From a virus (taxonomy: Duplodnaviria > Caudoviricetes), in the IMG/VR virus record IMGVR_UViG_3300022936_000006, positions 1 through 40,438 of that record: 40,438 nucleotides of DNA; one strand, 5' to 3'. The notes beneath the pieces were generated by a model. It was not told the DNA's origin. It did no database searches and saw only the letters and a list, made by a program, of their open reading frames with translations. Within the stretch, counting starts at the first letter, position 1; every line of letters starts with the position of its first letter. Positions 17,465 to 26,046 of this stretch are shown here, piece by piece. The position numbers were made by a program, and so were the translations under genes.

Positions 17465-18007
17465 TTACGCCTCGTTAGTTGATAATTCCCCTGTCTCTGT
17501 GAGTATTATTTTACGAACATTCGCAGGTACGCCTACAGTATACGACGGTCTTCTAACACCAACACATCTACTCTTTAATATCCACGCAAAACCAACAGCA
17601 TTAGATTGATTCCCTCCGTAAACAAGAAATGCCGTTTTGTTTTCTCCCACATAAAAACCAACATGACCTCCTCCCTCTCTTGAAAAGATGAGAATATCCC
17701 ACAATTTAGCTTGTTCTTTTGGAATTACTTTTCCGTACTCGAGCCACAATTTAGCCCCTAATAGCTTAGCTGCCGTAAAAGGGTAATTGCATCGTTTTAC
17801 CACAACCCCAACAAAAAGGCCACACCAGGGAATATCATCGTCTGTATACCATCCTGATACACCAACTTCTTTAGCCCATTTTGTAATGTCTATATTACTC
17901 CCTTTGCCTTTAATCTCTAATACACCGTAATGCCTTAAAGCCTCGACTAACATTTTGGGCGCGCCCTCTTTTGCTAGCCATTTATATTTTTCTGGTAATG
18001 CTGCCAT
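17465..18007 (-). CDS. Endolysin, TIGR02594-like (NlpC/P60 clan)
   Basis: GVLEIKG..DDIPWCGLFV..GGHVGF..GGNQSNAV (Cys-His catalytic pair). Confidence 0.85.
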   Translation of the reverse strand: MAALPEKYKWLAKEGAPKMLVEALRHYGVLEIKGKGSNIDITKWAKEVGVSGWYTDDDIPWCGLFVGVVVKRCNYPFTAAKLLGAKLWLEYGKVIPKEQAKLWDILIFSREGGGHVGFYVGENKTAFLVYGGNQSNAVGFAWILKSRCVGVRRPSYTVGVPANVRKIILTETGELSTNEA

Positions 18008-18019
18008 ACACAAATGTAA

Positions 18020-18184
18020 CTAAACATCTGCATTTAGCATAATTTTAATTATCCCCGTTAGTTCTGTGTTTTCGTTCATTTGAATATTATAGCCAAATAT
18101 GCCTTTTATTTCTTCTCCTTTTGGGGTGGTAAATACTGGCTTACCGTTAACAAACTGCACGCGTATCATTTCTGATTTATCCAT
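18020..18184 (-). CDS. Small hypothetical protein (54 aa) with its own promoter
   Basis: MDKSEMIRVQFVNGKPVFTTPKGEEIKGIF...; TACCTTTG at 18196-18189. Confidence 0.6.
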   Translation of the reverse strand: MDKSEMIRVQFVNGKPVFTTPKGEEIKGIFGYNIQMNENTELTGIIKIMLNADV

Positions 18185-18199
18185 GTGGCAAAGGTAAAT

Positions 18200-18234
18200 A
18201 AAAAACCCTGCGAAAATGGACTAAACGCAGGGTT
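18200..18234 (-). terminator. Intrinsic terminator
   Basis: AACCCTGCG-N13-CGCAGGGTT plus a T-tract on the minus strand. Confidence 0.75.
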
Positions 18235-18276
18235 ATTGGAAACAAATCAAAAGTGAATAAGCGGGTGCAATATACG

Positions 18277-18633
18277 TTACTTAACCGATGTTTTAAAATA
18301 TAATATCCAATTCATGCAGCACCACACGATAGGACTTGCTGCCAGCATCCATGCGTTACGCTCAAATAGCTGCGAATCCGCAAGCAATCCGGTAAGCTGC
18401 ACAATCAAAGCAAATAACCCCATCATAGCAACGGTACCCACAAAAGCGAACGGATTGCATCGCAACCAGAACTTGAACCAATACAGGTATCTGAAATCAA
18501 AAACAATTGTTCTGAAAAATATCTTTAAAAGGTTATATTCCATTTTTAAGCTGCTAATGTGATGTAGCAGTACGAACATAGCACCTATAAGAGCCAATAT
18601 GTTGAAATAATATAGTATGATGAATAGTGTCAT
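18277..18633 (-). CDS. Membrane protein (about 3 TM)
   Basis: Hydrophobic segments; coupled to the upstream gene. Confidence 0.65.
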   Translation of the reverse strand: MTLFIILYYFNILALIGAMFVLLHHISSLKMEYNLLKIFFRTIVFDFRYLYWFKFWLRCNPFAFVGTVAMMGLFALIVQLTGLLADSQLFERNAWMLAASPIVWCCMNWILYFKTSVK

Positions 18634-19079
18634 TTTATATCCTCCTGTTTTTTGGCTTCGGAAATTGTCTCATCCGATGCTAAGTATTTATTGAATATTC
18701 CCCGTAAGGCTGTCTTTATTGACATTCTCCCCATCTTATCTAATTGCTGTATTATGAATACAGATAGAAAGCTGCACAGAATAAGGTACAGTTGTATACC
18801 GAAAAACATAAACAAAGCGACATTGTGAAAAATCTGAAGCCATGCCTGATATGCAACATATGAAATGATAATTGTTGCTGCAGCGTGTAGGGCAATAACA
18901 TTTTTAGTTATTTTATTGTCTTTGTCGTTTAGTAATATCACTATCCTGCCACCAAACCCGCATATTACAGAAGCAGAGCAAGCAAGTACATAGGCTAAAT
19001 CGTGATGCGGGAAGCCTATAAAAAAAGCGTTAATTGTAAATAGTTCCACAGCCATTAATTTTGTACCGTTTATATTCAT
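18630..19079 (-). CDS. Membrane protein (about 4 TM, holin-like; start revised to 19079)
   Basis: Hydrophobic segments and charged C-tail; MNING start lies just after the upstream stop. Confidence 0.65.
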   Translation of the reverse strand: MNINGTKLMAVELFTINAFFIGFPHHDLAYVLACSASVICGFGGRIVILLNDKDNKITKNVIALHAAATIIISYVAYQAWLQIFHNVALFMFFGIQLYLILCSFLSVFIIQQLDKMGRMSIKTALRGIFNKYLASDETISEAKKQEDIK

Positions 19080-19080
19080 T

Positions 19081-19448
19081 TTAAATATCTCCGTTTTTAT
19101 CTGATAACAGCAGGGCATACAATGTATACGCAAATGTTATTCCGTTAAAATAATACACCTGGAGAGCAGGCGCCGGAATTAATCCGAATTGATTAAATAT
19201 CGTTATTCCTGTAATAGCAGTAAGAACTATCCATGCTATTTTTGTGAATTCTATCTCCCGTTGCGTTTTATCCGGATAGGTACCCATCTTAAGTAGAGGC
19301 GCAATAAAAAGAAACAACTCGATGTTATACCATGTCTTTTTATCAAACGAACTTAGACCGCAATTTCTGATATTATACAAATAAAGGTTATGGCTCACGA
19401 CAAAGCCAAGAACCATAACCCCTATCAAAGTGCTGCGACTAACCACCG
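19081..19448 (-). CDS. Membrane protein (3-4 TM; start uncertain, about 19448 or 19416)
   Basis: Hydrophobic segments; the longer start at 19518 overlaps a better small ORF. Confidence 0.55.
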
Positions 19449-19576
19449 ATGTCCTCAATAAATACCCATTCGCCCTTAATACATTTCCATTCTCCGGGTA
19501 CATCACCTGGAATACCATGCGGCGCAGGACCCTCGCAATCTTGGAACAGCCCGTTTTCTTCTTCGTTCTCTGACAT
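19439..19576 (-). CDS. 45-aa acidic Cys/Trp/Gly/Pro peptide
   Basis: MSENEEENGLFQDCEGPAPHGIPGDVPGEWKCIKGEWVFIEDIGG; A-rich start after promoter-like TACTTTTA (19606-19599). Confidence 0.65.
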   Translation of the reverse strand: MSENEEENGLFQDCEGPAPHGIPGDVPGEWKCIKGEWVFIEDIGG

Positions 19577-19694
19577 CTTACTATTTTTTAGTTCATTGTA
19601 AAAGTAACATTCTAATTACATATATGCAAATATCAAGTAAAGGACGTATCATTGCATTACCATTTCATAGTGGCGTAATATTTTAGGATGAATT

Positions 19695-19730
19695 AGCCCC
19701 TAGTATTCGGATGGATACTAGGGGTTTTAT
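19695..19730 (+). terminator. Strong hairpin with T-tract in the leader of gene 19745
   Basis: AGCCCCTAGTAT-tcggatgg-ATACTAGGGGTT-TTATT. Confidence 0.6.
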
Positions 19731-19744
19731 TAAAAGAAAAGAAA

Positions 19745-20035
19745 ATGAAAAATATATATAAATACGAATTGCCATTAGGTTTAAGTCCCATTATTGAAAT
19801 GCCTTATGATGCGGAAATTTTATCTATTCAATCACAGGATGGCAAAATACAGATTTGGGCAATTGTTGACGACAAAGATATGCTAGTTGGCAGACAGTTT
19901 CATATTTTAGGCACAGGCAATGGGTTCCCTCAAGAAGTTGGTTATGCTATTGCCGGAAACGCATTTAAACACCATGCAACAGTTCAGCAAGGCGAATTTG
20001 TATGGCATGTGTTTGAGAATTTAATGCCGTTTTAA
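19745..20035 (+). CDS. Hypothetical phage protein in opposite orientation (moron-like)
   Basis: IYKYEL..IEMP..AEILSIQ..IWAIVD..GTG..VWHVFE, a common phage pattern. Confidence 0.75.
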   Translation: MKNIYKYELPLGLSPIIEMPYDAEILSIQSQDGKIQIWAIVDDKDMLVGRQFHILGTGNGFPQEVGYAIAGNAFKHHATVQQGEFVWHVFENLMPF

Positions 20036-20316
20036 TATGCACCGCGTAACCTTCAAACAACCATACGTTTTCATTCAGCAAGGCGTAATGCAGCAAGGCA
20101 CATTCATTGAATGCAAAAAGGTCATCATGTTACATGACAACCTTTTAATTTGGACAAGTCCCAATGACTGGTTTATAGTAAACACAGACTTATGCTCGTC
20201 CTGGCAATAGCAGTCATTTGCATCGGTTCACTGTATTGCGTTCCGGTGTACAGATTCATGAAGCCAGAGGATAGGGATGATTGACGGTGTATATCTCTAG
20301 TGATCTAATCATTGTT

Positions 20317-22866
20317 TTATTGAATTAAAAACGGTACATCAATTGCGAACCTTGCAGCCATAGCAGCATAACCAGTTACATTTGGGTGTACTCCATCTTG
20401 AAAGTAGGATGAAATTTGAGCAGCAGTAGGATCACCTCCGGTTGAGGTAGCAACATCTAACAGCATACCCCTTATTGCACCAGTATCTCTGCAAACCTTA
20501 TCTATCATCTGGTTTATAGCAACATGGTTCCCGTTACTCATAGCGGGTATGTGATTTAATATAGTCTTACTTCCGTTAGCCGCCCCCATTGTAACAAGCT
20601 GTGTTAATTTAGCTTCAGTATTGCCTCCGTTTGTTCCAATAGTGAACATATTGTATTTTGCTTTTATAAACGGTGCCTCTGTGGTCATTTTAAGTATAGT
20701 TCCGTCTATATTTTCAGAAGCCATTGCGCTAACCAAAAGGTTTCCGTTAATTTTAGAATCTATCAATGATGTATACGTCAATCCAGCGTCCACGGGACTA
20801 ATACCTAGCCCCTGCGTAATGCTATCACCACACCACCACGCTAAAGGATTTTCTCTACTAAAAACCATGAAACGATGAATTATACAACCTGCCGTATTAC
20901 CAGATACCAGATATATTTTATAAGCCTCGTTATGTAGGAAATCCTGTATATATGTTGCACTAAATGGAGTATAGTTTATTGAGTAAGATACACCTGTGAT
21001 TGAATCCGAAATAGTAATGTATGTTTTTGTAAAGTCCCTACTAAGGTAAATACCATAACGCCTTCCTGCAATCCATGTAAAAGGTAGTGTTTGCTGTGCT
21101 ACCAATACATTTGTAACACCTTTATGTATTGTAATGATGTTGGCTGCAACATCTATCCTGACAGAGCCCAAGCCCTGCGTCATAGTTATTGTGGTACAGT
21201 CAATAGCTAGCACATCGTCAGACGCAAGTGTACATTCTAATAATAAATCCCTTTGATCTACGTGGTATTTCCTATTTAAAAACAAGGCGTTAGCGACACC
21301 AACAGCAGAAGGGGAAACTCCTCCAGCAACAAGCGACCACGTAGGCGCTGTAAAATTAGTTAAAGCCGAAAATTCATCCTTAAACAATACACACCTGTCT
21401 AGAGTCCTTTTTTTGTTTGAAAAGTTTAACTTGGTGGCAGATTCTATTAAAGATATTTTATTTGATACTTTATACTGGTCGCTTTCATATCCAGTAAAAT
21501 CGTATGCAAATCTGATTGTGTTAGTTGTAGATGCAACCGCAAGCGTCCCTTTAGTTATAAGCATTGATGATCCAGCGCCACCTACAACATAAAAAATTCT
21601 TGATCCTGTAGCTAAACTCAATCCTACGTAAGCTCCTGCTGGTATCACAAATCCATCATCTATATTATGAACCTGAAATACTGATGTTGTTGTAATTGGA
21701 GCATAGGAATGGATTATCTCCATCACTTGGTTGGTGCTTAGATTATTTCTTAATACACCAACCACAAAAGTTATAACCGAACCAACCGTTGCTTTAGTTC
21801 TTGTTTTTATCCCGTACGTCTCCTTTGTAACCTGAGACGAGGGTATATCAAATATAATGTCTACACTTGCAGTGTCAAGTATGTAAGATTCAATAGGTAT
21901 AGAATTGGATTTAGGAGTTAACCCAAGTTCTAAACTTACAGACTCATGCTTATTAATTAGGTCAACTAATCCTGTTGTAAGAAGCTTATTTAAAATAACA
22001 TCGTATGATCTTCTTTGATTAGTTGCCGTCGTAAATCCTACCCTCCACCCAAACCCTGTTTGAGCAATATAATAAGGTGCAACGTCAGCAGTATACCCAA
22101 TAAAGTTACCTGTAGCTAAAACGTGTTTATCGAATATTTTTTCTGTATGCTCTAATGCGGTTGTGTAAAATGGAGCGTATGAGTAAACAACAACAGGCTG
22201 TGAACCTGGAACCCTGCTCATTTCGTGTATAGTTACAAGCGCCCCTGCAGAAACCAGCTTTATCCTGAAAGTATCTAATATTGTTGGCTCTGTGGCAACC
22301 TGGTCATCATGATAATAAGCGCCAAAAACAGCTCCTGTTAAAGTTAATAGGGAAAAGTCAATTGTTCGGGCTACTAGATTAGGGAGGTTTATTTTTTGCA
22401 AAACACCTCCTACGTCTACGGTTCCCGGAGAATCCACCAACTCTCTATTTAAAATCCAAGCCGTACCATTCCACACAAACCTTGCATTTGATACATATTG
22501 TTCGCCTACTTTTACAGGAACAACTTGATTCCCGAAATTAGTAAATGTAGCTCCATAATTAGCGGTCAATACTGTCCATGTTTCACCAATAAACCTTGTG
22601 CCTGTTGGTGTGCCCGCCGGCGTTGCTATGCCCTGAACAGCACCAACTCCTTGCGCCCCTATATCACCCTTAGAGGCAGATAAAAGCCAATACGTAGCAT
22701 TTGTAGGCAACGTGCCCGCCGGAACCTTACCAGAAGAAAAAGGCCATATAACAACATAGGTACTGCCATTGTACAATACTTCATCCAAACGTTCATATGT
22801 TGCCTCCGTTGAACTCCAAACGCCCCTCGGATTATGACCAACCTTACCAATTATTACCTCTGCCAT
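20317..22866 (-). CDS. Tail spike/fibre with C-terminal SGNH hydrolase
   Basis: N-terminal RGVWS..Y..D.V.YNGSTY module; GDSITQG, IGTNG and DGVHP SGNH blocks. Confidence 0.8.
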   Translation of the reverse strand: MAEVIIGKVGHNPRGVWSSTEATYERLDEVLYNGSTYVVIWPFSSGKVPAGTLPTNATYWLLSASKGDIGAQGVGAVQGIATPAGTPTGTRFIGETWTVLTANYGATFTNFGNQVVPVKVGEQYVSNARFVWNGTAWILNRELVDSPGTVDVGGVLQKINLPNLVARTIDFSLLTLTGAVFGAYYHDDQVATEPTILDTFRIKLVSAGALVTIHEMSRVPGSQPVVVYSYAPFYTTALEHTEKIFDKHVLATGNFIGYTADVAPYYIAQTGFGWRVGFTTATNQRRSYDVILNKLLTTGLVDLINKHESVSLELGLTPKSNSIPIESYILDTASVDIIFDIPSSQVTKETYGIKTRTKATVGSVITFVVGVLRNNLSTNQVMEIIHSYAPITTTSVFQVHNIDDGFVIPAGAYVGLSLATGSRIFYVVGGAGSSMLITKGTLAVASTTNTIRFAYDFTGYESDQYKVSNKISLIESATKLNFSNKKRTLDRCVLFKDEFSALTNFTAPTWSLVAGGVSPSAVGVANALFLNRKYHVDQRDLLLECTLASDDVLAIDCTTITMTQGLGSVRIDVAANIITIHKGVTNVLVAQQTLPFTWIAGRRYGIYLSRDFTKTYITISDSITGVSYSINYTPFSATYIQDFLHNEAYKIYLVSGNTAGCIIHRFMVFSRENPLAWWCGDSITQGLGISPVDAGLTYTSLIDSKINGNLLVSAMASENIDGTILKMTTEAPFIKAKYNMFTIGTNGGNTEAKLTQLVTMGAANGSKTILNHIPAMSNGNHVAINQMIDKVCRDTGAIRGMLLDVATSTGGDPTAAQISSYFQDGVHPNVTGYAAMAARFAIDVPFLIQ

Positions 22867-23387
22867 TATATTGTATTTAAAACTAATTCCCCGCTATTAT
22901 TTAATTTAAATTCAACGCCTAAATCGTTGATGCTTGTTGCTATAAGATGCGATGTATTGTCTACGTAAAAGGCCGGATATAATACCGAACCAGTATTGCC
23001 CTTTTCGCCTTTTAGTGAAGCTAACCATTGCAATTCCGTACCAACAAAGCCATTGTCTAGAGCGACCTGATACGCGCTTTCTCCGTCTATTCCTTGCAGT
23101 GAAGCAATCCATTCCTGCTGAGTTCCCGAAAAACCACCATCTACAGCCAATTGGTAGGCGCTCAAGCCATCCTCTCCTTGTAAAGAAGCAAGCCACTCCT
23201 GAACAGTACCTACAAATCCGTTTTTAACCGCTACCTCATAAGCAGAATACCCTTGCTGATTAAAGTCAACTTCAACATCAATCAATGTTACAGGCTGTTG
23301 AACTTCTACGATTATATCCGTAATGTCATTAGCTACCTCAACTATGACGTTTGTTATCTCTTCAGTCACTTGTACATCTACGCTCAT
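22866..23387 (-). CDS. Tail-associated protein with three GxSAY..A..GF.GT..W..SL repeats
   Basis: Repeats visible in the translation; likely start MSVDV at 23387. Confidence 0.75.
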   Translation of the reverse strand: MSVDVQVTEEITNVIVEVANDITDIIVEVQQPVTLIDVEVDFNQQGYSAYEVAVKNGFVGTVQEWLASLQGEDGLSAYQLAVDGGFSGTQQEWIASLQGIDGESAYQVALDNGFVGTELQWLASLKGEKGNTGSVLYPAFYVDNTSHLIATSINDLGVEFKLNNSGELVLNTI

Positions 23388-23743
23388 GGTGCTGTTGTTA
23401 CGTCTTGAATAAATGACCAATAACCTTTAAGGTAGGTCCTAACCTCACCCGCTGCGTCCGTAACCTGCAAGTCATAAGCGTAATTGTCCGCTACTAAATT
23501 CCATGAATTAATTACAGGAAATTGAATAACTCCATTAGGTAGAATGGTTAATTGATTTTCTCCCGTTAGTAAGTTTGAAAATTCATATGCTACCTTGTTA
23601 CCTGTTTTCAACTGCATGCGTATTATGGAGCCAGTTAAATATATAGGATTACCAGTTTCAGGATACTTCAATGTTATTCTGATCGTACCAAGCGCATCAC
23701 CTCGGTAATGTGGCGGGAAGTCAAAAGGTGCTGGGTTGTTCAT
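23384..23743 (-). CDS. BppU-like baseplate adaptor protein
   Basis: RGD..PIYLTG..RMQLK..YAYDLQVTD..VRTYLKG..DVT pattern. Confidence 0.7.
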   Translation of the reverse strand: MNNPAPFDFPPHYRGDALGTIRITLKYPETGNPIYLTGSIIRMQLKTGNKVAYEFSNLLTGENQLTILPNGVIQFPVINSWNLVADNYAYDLQVTDAAGEVRTYLKGYWSFIQDVTTAP

Positions 23744-23767
23744 GGTCAAATATAAGTAATTTTTATG

Positions 23768-24148
23768 TTACATTACAGGTGGAGCGGAAACAAGCTGCCA
23801 AACATCATTACTGCCGTTCTCTGTTGCTTTTACATATATAGCACCACCAAGGGTAATAGCCGGGCAAAGTACTCTGTAGCCAATAGGTACATTTGGGTAA
23901 GAAGCATTTAATTGCGCCTTAGAAAGGCCAACCGTAGCAGCGTTATAAGCATAATTTAATGATGACACCCGGGCAAACCATCCAGTGGCTGCACTCTTAA
24001 CAATTATGCTGTCGGTTGCTGTCCCTGTTGGTAGGTTTAATGTTTTTAAATAATTTGTTTGGACATTCCAAGGTAAGTAATGGTTCATTGTCTGCGATTT
24101 TGCAGTTAGCCCGAGACCAAGAACAAGAATAAAAAGTGTGATTTTCAT
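23768..24148 (-). CDS. Signal-peptide protein sharing the tail-fibre tip domain
   Basis: MKITLFILVLGLGLTAKS-Q signal; LNASYP..G..YVK..W matches the C-terminus of 24160-26046. Confidence 0.7.
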   Translation of the reverse strand: MKITLFILVLGLGLTAKSQTMNHYLPWNVQTNYLKTLNLPTGTATDSIIVKSAATGWFARVSSLNYAYNAATVGLSKAQLNASYPNVPIGYRVLCPAITLGGAIYVKATENGSNDVWQLVSAPPVM

Positions 24149-24159
24149 AATTATAGGGA

Positions 24160-26046
24160 TTAAATATTAGTTGTTGACCATGCCGCCCATTCTCCGCCAG
24201 ATGATGCTGTTTTTTTAACATACATCATGCCAGTACCTACATTAGGCATAGAGATCATTGTGCCTACTACTGCGCCTGGATAGGCTGTATTTAACGTAGC
24301 ACTTGTTTGGGTTGTTGTGGCGCCTATATTTGTAAAGAACGGCCTAACATCATCAAGAAGGGCCATTTTTCCGCTTTTATCAGGCATCTCTATGGTCCTT
24401 TCATCTGTAAGGGTTGCGGCAGGTATAAAGTGCTGATAAAAACCGTCTTTAAAATAACTAAGTTCATCTAATCCATAAATTCCCAATTGAGGGGAACCTG
24501 TGCTTTTCTCGAATATTACTGCGGTACTTGTCATCACTCCGCTATATCCAGTTAATCCAGAAGCAATCCACTTGCTCTGATCAGTGAATGTCTTAGCCCC
24601 GCCGATGTTTTGTACTGTAGTTAGATCAACATACCCCGCAGCCATTGCGGCATTAACAAAAGCAGTTGTAGCTAATTGAGTTGTATTTGTCCCTACTGTT
24701 GCTGTAGGTGCAGCAGGCGTCCCAGTGAAAGTGGGGGATGCTATATTAGCCTTTAAAGCCAGTGCCGATGCCTGTGCTGTGCTTACTGGCTTGTTAGCGT
24801 CTGATGTGTTGTCTACGTTGGTAATAAAAAGGAATGTTTTAACTAAGGATGCGCTCATGCCTTTAGATACACCCTCATTAGTAAAACCAATCAAAGAGCT
24901 AAGTGTTTCCCCGAGTCCAGAAGTAAATAATGCGGTTGCGCCGCCCCAACTTGTTGCGGCATCCGCAAGACCTTTAAATAAAGTGGCTTTTACGTTTCCG
25001 TTAACCTCTAGCTTTTCAGTGGGAGTAAGCATCCCAATACCTACGTTACCCCCTGAACCCCCATTTAAAATTAAAGGATTTGCAGTTCCATTTCTTAGCT
25101 GTGAATATTTAACCGTTGCGCCGGAAGAGGTGCTTTCAAAAATTAGATTGTTATCTACATTATTGGTTATAACAATTGGATGCGTTGTAGTCGCACCCCT
25201 ATCAGTCACATCCTGCAATGTATCAGAGCCTCCACCTCCGCCGCCTGAACCGGCCAAAGCAAAATGTTCAGCAGGAAAGAAAGCGGCAGAATCAATACCT
25301 AAGAAATCTACTATTGTAGCAACATCAGTAGGGTGATATTTCCCATCTTCACCTAATGCCAAAATAGCTGTAACAGGCGCAGCCGCAATAGCACTGTAAA
25401 GATTCCATAAACCAGAACTTGCAGGTGGATTATTCCCTACTACATAAGGCAAATTTCCCGAAGCAATAGAAGGAACGTATATGTATGACAATATAATAGC
25501 ATCATCAAAAATACCATAAGGTTCAGGGTCTGCCGCCGGGTTGCCGTCTATGACGCCGATGTTGGTCGTGTTGTCCGCGAATATCGTGTCTATCCTGTCT
25601 AGTGTAGCGTGCGCGGCAGTTAAGTCTATTTGTGTCTGCGTGGCTTTGCTGTAGATCACATTATTAATTGCCCAACTTCCGGGAGAAACGGTTACAGTCA
25701 TATCGTCAACCGAAACATTCACAGTAATGGCCCCATCAATAATATTAACACCTAAGCTAACAGATGTTTCATTTACCCAAGTTCCAGAGCGTTTGCGCCA
25801 GAATTTAAGCATTGACCCACCTTGAATGTATAAGTCAAGATCTTGACCATTTAGGTCTGATGGCGGAACTACACCCCCGGTAATTCCGAAATCATTAATT
25901 TTATTAAGGATTGGATTTAGCAAATCCGCTAATTGCAAACCAATATTAACAACATCAGTGGGGTCAATTGAATCCAATGAAACTTTACTGCCTACCAATT
26001 GGTTAATCAGAACTTTATAAGCCGCTATTTGATCGTTATATATCAT
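24160..26046 (-). CDS. Tail fibre protein
   Basis: TLQDVTDRGATT, NVGIG..KLEVNGN, VDNTSDANKPVSTAQ and ASPTFTGTPAAPTA..TTQLATTAFV fibre motifs. Confidence 0.85.
   Translation of the reverse strand: MIYNDQIAAYKVLINQLVGSKVSLDSIDPTDVVNIGLQLADLLNPILNKINDFGITGGVVPPSDLNGQDLDLYIQGGSMLKFWRKRSGTWVNETSVSLGVNIIDGAITVNVSVDDMTVTVSPGSWAINNVIYSKATQTQIDLTAAHATLDRIDTIFADNTTNIGVIDGNPAADPEPYGIFDDAIILSYIYVPSIASGNLPYVVGNNPPASSGLWNLYSAIAAAPVTAILALGEDGKYHPTDVATIVDFLGIDSAAFFPAEHFALAGSGGGGGGSDTLQDVTDRGATTTHPIVITNNVDNNLIFESTSSGATVKYSQLRNGTANPLILNGGSGGNVGIGMLTPTEKLEVNGNVKATLFKGLADAATSWGGATALFTSGLGETLSSLIGFTNEGVSKGMSASLVKTFLFITNVDNTSDANKPVSTAQASALALKANIASPTFTGTPAAPTATVGTNTTQLATTAFVNAAMAAGYVDLTTVQNIGGAKTFTDQSKWIASGLTGYSGVMTSTAVIFEKSTGSPQLGIYGLDELSYFKDGFYQHFIPAATLTDERTIEMPDKSGKMALLDDVRPFFTNIGATTTQTSATLNTAYPGAVVGTMISMPNVGTGMMYVKKTASSGGEWAAWSTTNI

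Noticed and set aside
19439-19576. C-terminal GG suggesting a ubiquitin-like modifier
   Set aside because: 45 aa and Pro/Gly-rich is too short for a beta-grasp fold, and no E1/E2/JAB genes are present.
22990-23250. Three ~80-bp near-repeats as a non-coding array
   Set aside because: They are fully explained by the protein repeat GxSAY..A..GF.GT..W..SL in the tail-associated gene.
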